A DNA stretch of 64,000 bases. It comes from a virus. The notes under the pieces are model-generated. The model saw only the letters and a list, made by a program, of their open reading frames with translations. It had not been told where the DNA came from and ran no database searches. The DNA lies in the IMG/VR virus record IMGVR_UViG_3300042691_026427, positions 32,001-96,000 of that record, one strand, 5' to 3'. The position numbers and the translations under genes were made by a program. Positions 15,597-25,360 of this stretch are shown piece by piece (position 1 is the first letter of the stretch; each line of letters begins with the position of its first letter).

Positions 15597-17929
15597 AACT
15601 TACAAGCCTCGCAATCAGCATCCTCGTAAATTGTAATTGGTTCAGTCATTACTTGTGCAGTAGTAGCAGTAACTCCTTCCTTGGCACCAACTTTATTGAT
15701 TAAACTATAATACACTGTTTTAAGACCCCACTTGTAAGCCAGCATTAAGTTCTTGGCAATCAATGTACCTGGAACTTTTCGGTCCTGCTGTGAATTATCA
15801 CTGGCAAAGTGTGCAGGGTTATAAAATGTATTAGTACTTAAACTTTGATCAATATAGGCAGCTAATACGGCACTGGTCTTCAAATAGTCCACACAGTCTT
15901 TCTGGTCCCACATCAACTGATAACGATTCTTTAGACGTTTATACTCTGGCACGACCTGTACAAACGATCCAGCTTTCGATTCCTTAACACTAATCAATTC
16001 CATCGGCATTTCAATTCCGTTAGTGGAGTTTAACACAACTGAGCTAGACTCGACTGGTGCCACTGCCATCAATGTAGCATTACGGATACCGTACTTGATC
16101 ATGCGCTCACGCAATGGCTCCCAGTCTAGGCTAGGAGTAAAATCTGTTAGTTCATTAACGCCCGCTGCTCGGCGTTCCCAAGGAAACACGCCCTTGCCGT
16201 AGTAAGTGTATTGACTACGAACACAGGGTCCGCGTTCTTGAGCAAGCTCAACACTGGTTTCCGTTAGGTAGAAAGCCTGATGCTCTATCCAACGCTTAAC
16301 TTCAGCGAGAGAATCTTTCTCTCCATACTTGAAGTTACGCTTGGCATGCCAGTAGGCTAAGTTAGTAATGCCAACGCCCAATGGTTCAAAGTCTAAGTTA
16401 GCTAAACGGCTTTGTACACTCAAGAAGTCTTGATATGATAGCAAGTTACTTAGGCTACGAACTAGCACACGACAGGCTTTTCTCATTTCCTGTGGATTGC
16501 GGAACGCACCCCAGTTGATTGACCCAAGAGTGCAAAGAGCAATTCGTCCCTCTGGATCTTCAATTCTCTGGAAAGGGCGGGTGGGTAAAAGTATCTCTTG
16601 GCATAAGTTTGATTGATATATCGGATCCAAGGTTGTATCAAATGGGCCTTGGTTAATAACGTTGTCGATGTTGACAAGATATATGCGCCCTGTATCAGTA
16701 CGCTCTTTAAGTATACCAGCTTTGAATATCGCATCCGCTGATACAACCTTCTTTTTCTTTGTCTTATCTTGTTCATACTGTGTGTAGAGTTTTTCAAATA
16801 GGCCACTATCCCTATAGTAGGCTTCGTAGAGGTCCGGAACTTCAGCAGGATCAAACAAGCTGATCATCTCTCCGTTCTTGTAACGGTTCCAGAACATCTT
16901 ATTGACTACTACACTATAATCCATTTGACGTACACGAGTTTCTTCTGTACCTTGATTATTTTTAAGAACGATAAGATCCTCAAATTGATAATGCCAAACG
17001 GGAAATGTAACTGTACAGCTGGCATTGCGAATGCCGCCTTGACTGCAACTGCGAAGGTCACTAAACCATTTCTTCAAGAAAGGAATCATTCCAGTATGTT
17101 TGATCTCACCGTTGCGAATAGGGGCACCTAACGGTCTGATTCTGCCTATTTCGAGACCAATTCCGGCTCGTTTTGAAGCATATTTGGCCATCATTTCGCC
17201 TGCTGCAAAGATACTGTCTAATGTGTCGTCTGAGCTGATCAATACACAACTACTGAATTGTTTTGTTGTAGTTCCTAAGCCGGCGAGAACAGGTGTTGCT
17301 AGTGTGAAGTGTCCATCACTGGCAGACTCATAATATTCCTTAACCCACTTTAGTCTTTTGTCTTTAGGTTCTGCATGAAATGCCGTTGCTGCGGCAACAG
17401 CATATCGCACCTGGGGTGTTTCGTAAATTTGTCCAGTGGCACGATTTTGTACTAGATATTTTTCAGCTAACTGTGCAATGGCTGCAAAAGTATAGGATTC
17501 GTCTTTGGCATGATCAATAAACAGATTGATGATATCCCATTCTTCTTTGGTATACCAATCTAGTAGTTCACTGGTGTACATACCAAGTTCTACATTTTTC
17601 TTTACAATATCGTACAGTGCAGGAGGTTCGTAGTCACCGTATACTTCCTTACGCAACATGCTGACTTTTTGTCGGCCTGCTACATATTGATAATTTACAT
17701 TATTAATTTCTGGATTTTCTTCTTCGTCAATTAAATTGACCATAGCCTTGAGCAGCAGTTCGTCGATGGTATTTGTTGACATACCATCGTGCAGTTCTAT
17801 CTGTGCTTTAATTTCAATCATTGATGGGCTAACGTTGTCTATGCCCCTGCACGAATATGCAACTTGTCTCTGTATCTTTGCGATGTCTAAGGGGACACGA
17901 TTCCCATTTCGTTTAACTACTGTGATCAT
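15593..17929 (-). CDS. nrdA: Ribonucleotide reductase class Ia alpha subunit with ATP cone
   Basis: MITVVKRNG ATP cone, SSC, QSNLCQE, AVAP.ESSS, TVYY and C-terminal CEAC. Start probably 17929. Confidence 0.96.
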   Translation of the reverse strand: MITVVKRNGNRVPLDIAKIQRQVAYSCRGIDNVSPSMIEIKAQIELHDGMSTNTIDELLLKAMVNLIDEEENPEINNVNYQYVAGRQKVSMLRKEVYGDYEPPALYDIVKKNVELGMYTSELLDWYTKEEWDIINLFIDHAKDESYTFAAIAQLAEKYLVQNRATGQIYETPQVRYAVAAATAFHAEPKDKRLKWVKEYYESASDGHFTLATPVLAGLGTTTKQFSSCVLISSDDTLDSIFAAGEMMAKYASKRAGIGLEIGRIRPLGAPIRNGEIKHTGMIPFLKKWFSDLRSCSQGGIRNASCTVTFPVWHYQFEDLIVLKNNQGTEETRVRQMDYSVVVNKMFWNRYKNGEMISLFDPAEVPDLYEAYYRDSGLFEKLYTQYEQDKTKKKKVVSADAIFKAGILKERTDTGRIYLVNIDNVINQGPFDTTLDPIYQSNLCQEILLPTRPFQRIEDPEGRIALCTLGSINWGAFRNPQEMRKACRVLVRSLSNLLSYQDFLSVQSRLANLDFEPLGVGITNLAYWHAKRNFKYGEKDSLAEVKRWIEHQAFYLTETSVELAQERGPCVRSQYTYYGKGVFPWERRAAGVNELTDFTPSLDWEPLRERMIKYGIRNATLMAVAPVESSSVVLNSTNGIEMPMELISVKESKAGSFVQVVPEYKRLKNRYQLMWDQKDCVDYLKTSAVLAAYIDQSLSTNTFYNPAHFASDNSQQDRKVPGTLIAKNLMLAYKWGLKTVYYSLINKVGAKEGVTATTAQVMTEPITIYEDADCEACKL

Positions 17930-17981
17930 ATGTCGACCTTTTATTATATTTTTATGAAAGAACAAACTTTTAGAAAGATAT

Positions 17982-18416
17982 TTACCTTGGTTTCTCTATG
18001 TCGACTAGGTTTTCCATCAATAGTGATTCGGTGATTTCTTGGGATTTTATACTTTTCCATTTATCGTAATTTAGCACTATATCGTTATCTATATACACTA
18101 GATTATACAGCTTTGTACGATGTTCATCAACCATAGTACGTAGATCTATACGGCTATTGGCGAATTTAGTTGTTAGTTTTAAAGTCCACGCCATCATTAG
18201 ACTGATGGTAAAATCATCATATCTATTTTCAGCTATGATTTCCCATGGTGTGGGCCAGCTTTTTGAATTGTACTGATCTATCGTGTGATTGAATGCTGTT
18301 AATGGAGCATTGCTCCAAAATTCAGAAAGATCAGTTAGTGGGTCGTTAGAGTGGTCTAAACTTTCTCTTAATTTTTTCCACTCCGACAATCTTTCATCCG
18401 GAGATTTGTTAAACAT
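17982..18416 (-). CDS. Conserved hypothetical phage protein
   Basis: 144-aa ORF with a WPTPWE motif. Confidence 0.75.
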   Translation of the reverse strand: MFNKSPDERLSEWKKLRESLDHSNDPLTDLSEFWSNAPLTAFNHTIDQYNSKSWPTPWEIIAENRYDDFTISLMMAWTLKLTTKFANSRIDLRTMVDEHRTKLYNLVYIDNDIVLNYDKWKSIKSQEITESLLMENLVDIEKPR

Positions 18417-20074
18417 TAATAAAATTGATCGAGTTGATAAGTTAATGTACCAGTTACGGTATTTCCAGTGTATCCAATAATGATAGTATTGTTTCCGCTG
18501 TCAAACGTGCCGTTAAAAATAATTCCCGTATCGCTTGTGCCTGTATACTTATAATTGTCAGTTACATCTACAATACTACTTTGACTGCATACAATTGTCA
18601 AGTCTCCCCAACGAGTAATTCCAGATGCAGTAATTTGGTATTGTAATTTGATATTAGTAGTTACACCGCTGTGAGCAACCTTGACTATGCTGCCCGTTGC
18701 AGATGAATCGGATATAGCAACATTGTTTACTCTATGATCTATTAGAGATGCATTGCCTGCTACAGGAACAATAAATGCCGCAGCAGTGGTTGTTGAATTA
18801 ATTTGTACATTTCTATCAAATGAATCATAATCCGATACATTACCACTGGTTTCAAAATTTATAATTGAAGTAACTTGACCACCAATATCTCCTAATCCTG
18901 GCGTATCGTATGAACTGCCGTTGCCTACATTTATATAAGAATTTTGAGATAAGATATGATTTGAATATACATCAGTACTACCGGCTACTGAAATTGCTTC
19001 TTCATAGATAGTATGAAAAATATTTCGAGTAAATCTAGTTCTTACAGGACCAGTTAAATGAACACCACCAGATGCAATGTCGTAATTTACACCTCGATGT
19101 AAATTTTCAAATCGGCAATTGTCAACCACAGTGTCTTCAATGTCATGGTCGGAAAAGACTCCATAATACAATGACTGAAATACACAATTGGTAATTCTTA
19201 AATTTCTACTGGTTATACCGCCCTGGCCTCTAATTTTAATGCCCGAATGATTTACGTTAGTTACAGAACTAGTTCTTACTCCTAAGAATTTAACATTGTC
19301 TATCATAGAGTCTAAACAACCGTCTGCAAACAGTAATGGTAATGTGCCTGACGGGTCTGCTGCTTCCGGATCATACTTGATAGTCATTCCTGAGATTATA
19401 ATATGTCTAGGACTTGCTGCACTATCAAATGAGCTAACGGTTACATAGCTACCTGGGGTGCTGTCAAACCCTACAAATTGTAAACATGCTGCGGCAGAAG
19501 TTTTGAAAACTAAAACTGTTTTGTCTTTGCCTTCGCCTATTAAGGAGCAATATGAAGGGATGTAAACTGGATCTTCTAAGTTATATGCGCCAGCAGGAAT
19601 CTTCAATATGACTCTACCAAAAGTTTCTGCTTTGTCAGAATTTAAGTATAGTTCGTCAATTGCTCTTTGTAATATAGGAGAAAAATTTAGATCAAGACTT
19701 AATAAGTCTTCTTTTGGTATAAAATCATATAAACTGACAAAGTCGTCGAGTTTGTCTTTTACAGTTCTTATGAGATCAGAATCTCCAGCACCTGTATTAA
19801 TGTCAACATTTCTATGGCCTTCATAAAAGTATGTGCTGGTTGTGATGCTGTTTGAAAAAATATTAGGTAAGTCTAATACCGTTAAAATTCTTGTGTTGGT
19901 AGTGACAGCAGCACCTTCAGTAACTCTATTACCGATGAATAACTCTGGAACTATTGATTCCGGATCTGTTCCAGAAATGGCCCAGCCAAATTCTCCAGTA
20001 TCTAATTGAGGCATGCCTTGAGTTCTAGCATCCCCTCTTCTAACCTGTATTTTTGCAATCTCTACGACAGCCAT
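18416..20074 (-). CDS. Virion structural protein with pectin-lyase-like beta-helix
   Basis: N-terminal KIQVRRG...PQLDTGEFGW (Mtd-N-like), then IPAGAY..GEG..KT and repeated I.NC.F beta-helix coils. Confidence 0.75.
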   Translation of the reverse strand: MAVVEIAKIQVRRGDARTQGMPQLDTGEFGWAISGTDPESIVPELFIGNRVTEGAAVTTNTRILTVLDLPNIFSNSITTSTYFYEGHRNVDINTGAGDSDLIRTVKDKLDDFVSLYDFIPKEDLLSLDLNFSPILQRAIDELYLNSDKAETFGRVILKIPAGAYNLEDPVYIPSYCSLIGEGKDKTVLVFKTSAAACLQFVGFDSTPGSYVTVSSFDSAASPRHIIISGMTIKYDPEAADPSGTLPLLFADGCLDSMIDNVKFLGVRTSSVTNVNHSGIKIRGQGGITSRNLRITNCVFQSLYYGVFSDHDIEDTVVDNCRFENLHRGVNYDIASGGVHLTGPVRTRFTRNIFHTIYEEAISVAGSTDVYSNHILSQNSYINVGNGSSYDTPGLGDIGGQVTSIINFETSGNVSDYDSFDRNVQINSTTTAAAFIVPVAGNASLIDHRVNNVAISDSSATGSIVKVAHSGVTTNIKLQYQITASGITRWGDLTIVCSQSSIVDVTDNYKYTGTSDTGIIFNGTFDSGNNTIIIGYTGNTVTGTLTYQLDQFY

Positions 20075-20078
20075 AAGA

Positions 20079-20101
20079 CTTCCCCTATTATAGGGTATTT
20101 A
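20079..20101 (-). promoter_or_regulatory. Late-type promoter (TAAATA) followed by an SD-sequestering hairpin
   Basis: ATAAATA-CCCTA-TAA-TAGGG-GAAG upstream of ATG 20074. Confidence 0.6.
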
Positions 20102-20106
20102 TCGTA

Positions 20107-20832
20107 TCACCCCATGTGAATTCTGTAGTACTCTTCAACTTTATTGAGCCACATGTCTTGATATTTGTTGAAATCTTGGGGTAATAGATCAAACTGTTGA
20201 TAGATTTCACCACCTACCTTAATACTGTCGTCACCGCGGCTACACATGAAAATAACGCCACGACGCATGTCTGTGCCATAGACTTCATTATGTGCTAGGA
20301 TATATGCCATTAGCTGTAGATAGTAATCTTCTACCCATTCTGCTTTCTTAGGCTTGTTAGTCTGCTTGTGATCGCATACAGCAGGCTGGCCTTGATACAC
20401 ACCCACTAGATCAGTAGTACCGCTGTACAAGCCCGGAAAATACAGGCTTTGTTCCATAGCCCACACTTCATCCATTTTACTCAATCCGTTGACAATGATT
20501 TGATCAGCCATTGCGTTGGCTTTGATGTGTACAGGATTGTTGCCTGGCTGACGTTGCTCACCGATTAGAAAACGCTCTAAATTGGCGTGCATTGCTGTGC
20601 CTACTCCGGCTGCTTCTGTGGTAATACGTTGGGCGTTGGCTTCGCCTACTCGTTTCTTCCACTCATTCAAATGCGTCATATCCTTAGTTGCACTAAGAAT
20701 AGTTGTTACGCTGGGAAGTTTTTCTCCGTCTGGAGTTCGATATACTCTTTTACGAGTAATTGGGTCATTTACTTGTTCGCAATTTTTATACTGGAAACGC
20801 TCCACGAATGGAGGAGGATTTAGAATGTTCAT
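20107..20832 (-). CDS. PD-(D/E)XK exonuclease (MGME1/Cas4-like phage exonuclease)
   Basis: LPSVTTIL, GT.MH, E..L, SGTTDL, DHKQ and Y.LQL.AY. Confidence 0.88.
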   Translation of the reverse strand: MNILNPPPFVERFQYKNCEQVNDPITRKRVYRTPDGEKLPSVTTILSATKDMTHLNEWKKRVGEANAQRITTEAAGVGTAMHANLERFLIGEQRQPGNNPVHIKANAMADQIIVNGLSKMDEVWAMEQSLYFPGLYSGTTDLVGVYQGQPAVCDHKQTNKPKKAEWVEDYYLQLMAYILAHNEVYGTDMRRGVIFMCSRGDDSIKVGGEIYQQFDLLPQDFNKYQDMWLNKVEEYYRIHMG

Positions 20833-20838
20833 TCTAAC

Positions 20839-20867
20839 AGTATATATTATTTGAAGTCTGGTTGCAA
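20839..20867 (-). promoter_or_regulatory. Sigma70-type promoter giving a leaderless transcript
   Basis: TTGCAA-17 nt-TATACT, with ATG 20832 six nt downstream. Confidence 0.7.
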
Positions 20868-21206
20868 GCCTTTTGACACAGCTCTGTCAGCCATTTGATC
20901 TACGCTAGGTCCGGCTTGTGTATCTACTTGCGTTTGTTTCTCAACATCGGGCGCTTCTTCTGTTCCTAGAACAATGCCTTCTTCGTTGAAATTTTTAATT
21001 AATGGTTGAATTGCGGGATTAGCATCATAAATTTTGCTAAATCCTGCATAATCGATATCACCATATCCAAATGGTGTTAGCATGTTGCTTAATGCAATCC
21101 ACGTGAGTGTTTTAGGAGCTTGTTTAGCATCACTCCTACCGATTTCATTTCTTAGAATGGTTTGTAGATCATCTACAAACCTATCCGCAACTTCAAACAA
21201 TCTCAT
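20847..21206 (-). CDS. Hypothetical protein (possible internal head protein)
   Basis: 119 aa with an MRLFE N-terminus. Confidence 0.75.
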   Translation of the reverse strand: MRLFEVADRFVDDLQTILRNEIGRSDAKQAPKTLTWIALSNMLTPFGYGDIDYAGFSKIYDANPAIQPLIKNFNEEGIVLGTEEAPDVEKQTQVDTQAGPSVDQMADRAVSKGLQPDFK

Positions 21207-22579
21207 CGTGCTAACTTGCTAATAATACTGTGGCTTTCTGCAATCTTGCGATAGCGACTTTCTCTAACTTGACGGCCGGATGTTTCTGCGCCGCCAGCTG
21301 CTGCGTCACTTGCACCAAACTCGTCTTCTGGAGGGTTCATAGAATCTGGTTCTACATCCATTGGCACTTCGCCGCCCATTGGTGGCTCGCCCATACCTGG
21401 CTCTTGACCCATCGGTGCTACGTCAGTTGCTTCGCCGGCTAATACTGCAACAGCGTGACTGATAGCTTCTCTCTGTTGAGTCAATGTATCTAATGTAGCT
21501 GCCAATGCTGGACTAACTGATTGCTTAAATGCTTCAGCTTCTTGTTCGCCGAAATCTGCACGAATAGCATCTGCTAACTCAACGATGGCTTTTGTTTGAT
21601 ACTGACCTACACGTTGCATCCATGTTGTAAAATCGTTAACCATGTCGCTGGCTGCGGTAATGGCTTTGGCCTTGCCTTCTTCATCTTCGTTAATTAGATA
21701 CTTTAGACTTTCATTGACCAATCTTACGTGCAAGCGGAAAATGTCTTCTTTCATTTTCTTCTTAAGATCTTTCTGGCCTTTACCGTCAGCTGCAAATGCA
21801 GGAACCATTTTACCCTTAGGACCTTTTACCATTGGCAAGCCTTCTTTAACTTTGGCTGCTTTCTTGGCCTTTTTAGTATCGCTGTCATCACCACCGTCAG
21901 TGAATGTATTAGACTTGCGAGTGTAGACTGTACCTGTGCTAGTCTGCTTCTTGTCAAACTTACCAGTAGTCTTTTCTTTTTCTGCACGAGCCTTAGCATC
22001 TGCTACAGTTGGGAAGCCTTCTTTCATATTGTCGCTAGTTGCCTTGGCAATAGCTTTTTTCTTTGGCACGCCGCCAGCGGTCATTCTGGCTACTTGAACA
22101 TCGTCGAAGTTCTTCTTGCCATCGCCTGTGCGGTCTATTTTTTTACCTTCAGTTGTTCTGTTATTCATATTTGTTTCCTCGATGCCCTCTTCGGCGTTGG
22201 TTTTCTTTTTCTTTGGATGCTTGATATGTGCCCAAGCAATTTGCTCTGCTTCGTCCTTAGACTTGCCTTTCTTCATCATACTAGTAGTGATATGTTTAGC
22301 TTGACGGTCTACTTTAGCACCTTCACCTAACATTTCTTTAATCTTAGTATTCAAAAGTTCTAACATGTGCTTGTCTTGTTGATAAGTTTCGTTAGCAAGC
22401 AATTCATTAAATTTAGAGCTAGATTCAGTTTGGTGAATTTTAGTTCTAAGAATATTGCGATAGTCTTCTAGTTGTTCTTGTGTATATTTGCTAAAATTAA
22501 TTTTAGTACCGAATCGTTTGAACATGTTTTCGTTCAATTGTGCGGCTGTTACCTTAGCAATAAAATCAGTTGTCTTCAT
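21203..22579 (-). CDS. Putative prohead core/scaffold-like protein
   Basis: K/E-rich modules punctuated by xxE-G/S junctions (MKEG, VKEG, VNES, VRES). Start probably 22579 (MKTTDF). Confidence 0.6.
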   Translation of the reverse strand: MKTTDFIAKVTAAQLNENMFKRFGTKINFSKYTQEQLEDYRNILRTKIHQTESSSKFNELLANETYQQDKHMLELLNTKIKEMLGEGAKVDRQAKHITTSMMKKGKSKDEAEQIAWAHIKHPKKKKTNAEEGIEETNMNNRTTEGKKIDRTGDGKKNFDDVQVARMTAGGVPKKKAIAKATSDNMKEGFPTVADAKARAEKEKTTGKFDKKQTSTGTVYTRKSNTFTDGGDDSDTKKAKKAAKVKEGLPMVKGPKGKMVPAFAADGKGQKDLKKKMKEDIFRLHVRLVNESLKYLINEDEEGKAKAITAASDMVNDFTTWMQRVGQYQTKAIVELADAIRADFGEQEAEAFKQSVSPALAATLDTLTQQREAISHAVAVLAGEATDVAPMGQEPGMGEPPMGGEVPMDVEPDSMNPPEDEFGASDAAAGGAETSGRQVRESRYRKIAESHSIISKLAR

Positions 22580-22606
22580 GGGTAGTTCCAAAGATTAATA
22601 GTATAT

Positions 22607-23077
22607 TTAGTGTATCTTTCTAAGTTTTTCAAAGCTATTGAAAATAGTTGACTTAGCAGAATTACCTCTTGCTCGAGCAATACCTAATCTAGTGAATAGA
22701 AAATCTGCTCGATCTACGTTATTTTTCTTTAGACTACTGTGTGCTCGCTTTGATAATAATTCAACTTCGAAAGTTCTAAATCCATACTCTTGATCTAAGT
22801 TATACAATTTAGTGTCTACCATCTTACCCAATGCTAGACTGTTGGCCAACAGCACAGCACTTTGTGGCAAATTAATGTTGCCTAATATTATGTCACCAGA
22901 TTTATTTTTAATACTGTAAAACCCTGTAGATTCTTTTATGACAAAATATTGATCGAGTGCAATAGAACCATCAGAATTTTTTACTGGAACTGCAATACCT
23001 TGTTTTTTCAGATCGTTCTTAACGGTACTGACAACTATCTTAAATTTTTTAAGTATTTGGTCTGAGACTAAAGACAT
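22607..23077 (-). CDS. Hypothetical phage protein
   Basis: 156-aa ORF. Confidence 0.7.
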   Translation of the reverse strand: MSLVSDQILKKFKIVVSTVKNDLKKQGIAVPVKNSDGSIALDQYFVIKESTGFYSIKNKSGDIILGNINLPQSAVLLANSLALGKMVDTKLYNLDQEYGFRTFEVELLSKRAHSSLKKNNVDRADFLFTRLGIARARGNSAKSTIFNSFEKLRKIH

Positions 23078-23270
23078 TTTTAACCCTTGTTATTTGGCCT
23101 GCGCTGTTACTTATTTCATATAAGCCTTTGCGCACAAGGTTTTGAGCTAACCAAACTTCTCGTTCATTTAAGCTGGTCAATCGAACATCATCACCATGCC
23201 TGGAAACAAATTCTCTTTCTTCGCGATTGATTACAACCCCGATAGAGTTAATAACATCTTTAATTTTCAT
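23049..23270 (-). CDS. Hypothetical phage protein
   Basis: 73 aa with an MKIKDVI N-terminus. Confidence 0.7.
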   Translation of the reverse strand: MKIKDVINSIGVVINREEREFVSRHGDDVRLTSLNEREVWLAQNLVRKGLYEISNSAGQITRVKNVFSLRPNT

Positions 23271-24103
23271 GCTAGGTCCTTAGGGTCAACAATAATAGGG
23301 TAACCTAGAGTTTTAGTTGTATCTAACTTAATTCCTTTTCCACCAGGATTAGGCAGTACTTTGATACTACCTTTCCCAGTAATTGGATCTTTAATTGTTT
23401 GGCCTGCTTTAGGTTGCGAATTCAGAACTTGATTAACGTAGGCTTGTGGATTTACTCCACCGCTTGCCGCTGCTGATGAATTTTTCATACCTAGACTACT
23501 CAAACCTTTGGCAGCAAGAGTTTGTGCCATACTGGCATCTGGATCTATGCCCATGCCTTTCTTAAATCCTTGTGCAAGGCCACCAAGGAAACCAGACGGC
23601 GCTGCTTGAGTAGCAGCAGGTGCGCCTAGTGTAGGAGCACTTCTCATTATTCCTGGGGAAAGTTTTTGTGCGGCTGCAACTTGGGCAGCAGTTTGTGCTT
23701 TTTGCGTAGTATTAACTGATTGACCGGGTACTTTTACATCAACATCAGTTGCAGCAGTTTTATCTTTTGCCGCCAATGTACTTTTAGCTGTTTGCTGAGG
23801 AGTGCTCTGTCCAGTTTGTTGAGTAGTTTGCTGAGTAGTACTCTGTCCAGGTTGTTGAGTAGTTTGCTGTTGCGCCCCTACTGGCTTAATGACAGGTTTA
23901 GGGACTCCGGGTGCTGCATACTGACCTATCATCTTATCGAGTGAAATATCAGTTGCAGGTTTAGAATCGTCTCGAAAGCGTAAGTTTGCCAGGCTAGAAG
24001 TCTTTAATGCTTGATCTTTATTAGCTCGTATCTGTGCTCTTAGCTGATCTTGGCTAGGTGCAGGTAATCCTACAGCTTCTCTGATAAATTCTTTAGCTCT
24101 CAT
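23267..24103 (-). CDS. Q/T/A-rich protein, possible internal head protein
   Basis: MRAKEFIREA N-terminus and QQTTQQ low-complexity repeats. Confidence 0.75.
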   Translation of the reverse strand: MRAKEFIREAVGLPAPSQDQLRAQIRANKDQALKTSSLANLRFRDDSKPATDISLDKMIGQYAAPGVPKPVIKPVGAQQQTTQQPGQSTTQQTTQQTGQSTPQQTAKSTLAAKDKTAATDVDVKVPGQSVNTTQKAQTAAQVAAAQKLSPGIMRSAPTLGAPAATQAAPSGFLGGLAQGFKKGMGIDPDASMAQTLAAKGLSSLGMKNSSAAASGGVNPQAYVNQVLNSQPKAGQTIKDPITGKGSIKVLPNPGGKGIKLDTTKTLGYPIIVDPKDLA

Positions 24104-24348
24104 CAGGGCATCTTAGTTAAAATAATAACCAAAGTGCTTAACACTGTTGCTACAACAGTACCGGCTGTGCCGATCAATACCTTGGTCATACTCATTTGAC
24201 CCTTCTCAACAACAGAAGCTAATGTTGAAACTTTTTCTTCTATAGTTTCTAATCTTGTTTCTAACTGTCGATATCGTTCTGCACATAGTTCTACGTGCGC
24301 CTCAAGATTTTCTTTTTCAATCTGAGTTGTTTTAGTTTGGCCAGCCAT
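24103..24348 (-). CDS. Small coiled-coil protein with C-terminal transmembrane segment
   Basis: LEAHVELCAERY coiled coil followed by a hydrophobic tail. Confidence 0.75.
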   Translation of the reverse strand: MAGQTKTTQIEKENLEAHVELCAERYRQLETRLETIEEKVSTLASVVEKGQMSMTKVLIGTAGTVVATVLSTLVIILTKMP

Positions 24349-24782
24349 TATTGTTCCTCCGAGTCTACGATGTTTATTTCAACAATGGTATTTCTGTACG
24401 CATCGTCATTGAGATCGAAAACCGCCTTAGTCATATTTATTGTTTCGTCTAATTTTTCAAGCACTGGCACTTGATGAAGATCATTGATTAATAAGTCCAA
24501 CGGACCCTGATCTGTATGAAATGGCGCACTACGATCAGTTGAAAATTCAAAGGTCCATACTTTGTGTTTTCCCTTGTGCTTCTTTCCAAATTTTAAATCT
24601 TTTAGATCTAATACTTCTACTGAAGGATTACTGCGATATTCTATAATAGATCGTAAACCTATACACTGTAGCAATGTTATCCAATTTCTATGTTGACCAA
24701 ACTCTCTGTCGGCGCCAGGTCTTGGTCTGCTGACTCCGGAATTTGTAATATCTACGAGCGTTTTGATTATGATAGTTTCCAT
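24348..24782 (-). CDS. Conserved hypothetical phage protein
   Basis: TLVDIT, Q.RNW.TL.Q and W.FEF motifs. TAAATA upstream. Confidence 0.75.
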   Translation of the reverse strand: METIIIKTLVDITNSGVSRPRPGADREFGQHRNWITLLQCIGLRSIIEYRSNPSVEVLDLKDLKFGKKHKGKHKVWTFEFSTDRSAPFHTDQGPLDLLINDLHQVPVLEKLDETINMTKAVFDLNDDAYRNTIVEINIVDSEEQ

Positions 24783-24810
24783 ATATACCTACTTTATGAT
24801 ATTTATGGTC

Positions 24811-24840
24811 AAAAGAAAAGGGTGTTAAAAAACACCCTTT
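24811..24840 (-). terminator. Rho-independent terminator
   Basis: AAAGGGTGTT-loop-AACACCCTTT followed by a T-rich tract. Confidence 0.8.
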
Positions 24841-24860
24841 GTCATTACTTAATTTAAAAA

Positions 24861-25271
24861 TTAAGCAAGGTATGGGAAACCAGTTGTATTAGTAACCAAT
24901 GCAGCGTTTAGGTTAACGCTACCAACACCAACGCTAGTTAATGTTCTGATTTCGGTTTCTAAGAACTCAGCAAGAGTTTCGTTGTTTGTTCCGTCATATG
25001 TGTCTTGACCGTACTGGCCTTCAACCATGATGTCGAACATTTGACCAGCGTTAGAACCATCAGTGCGTAGAGCACTCATAGCAATAACAGTTACATTGCG
25101 ACGTAGAACGTCTAGAACTGCTTGAACGGCGCCTGTTGGGCCCATTTCTGTTGAAGCAAAGTTTGTACCGTTTACGGCCAAATCAATAGTAAAACCCATA
25201 ATGGTTCTACCGTTGAAGTTTCTAGAAACGTTTGCTAGTGTTGGGTTTTGTTTTGTAATTCCACCTGACAT
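24861..25271 (-). CDS. Probable abundant virion structural protein
   Basis: Has its own TAAATA promoter (25319-25324), a leader hairpin, a strong AGGAG SD and its own terminator. Composition is rich in G/T/N/V. Confidence 0.7.
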   Translation of the reverse strand: MSGGITKQNPTLANVSRNFNGRTIMGFTIDLAVNGTNFASTEMGPTGAVQAVLDVLRRNVTVIAMSALRTDGSNAGQMFDIMVEGQYGQDTYDGTNNETLAEFLETEIRTLTSVGVGSVNLNAALVTNTTGFPYLA

Positions 25272-25360
25272 AATATTCTCCTATTTTGTGTCATACCCCT
25301 TCGGGGCTATTGTGCAATTATTTAGCCAGAATGAAAAAAAATGCCTCAAATGGGCAAAAA

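Noticed and set aside
13100-17929. Introns or inteins in nrdA/nrdB
   Set aside because: Both ORFs are continuous and of normal length, with no splicing or homing-endonuclease motifs.
18416-20074. Diversity-generating retroelement suggested by the Mtd-like N-terminus
   Set aside because: No reverse transcriptase and no template/variable repeat pair differing at adenines is seen in the window.
20107-20832. Cas4 of a CRISPR system
   Set aside because: It lacks the four-Cys Fe-S cluster pattern and has no array or other cas genes nearby. It is a standalone phage exonuclease.
21728-22330. 200-aa plus-strand ORF
   Set aside because: It is an F/L/C-rich antisense shadow of the Lys/Glu-rich minus-strand gene.
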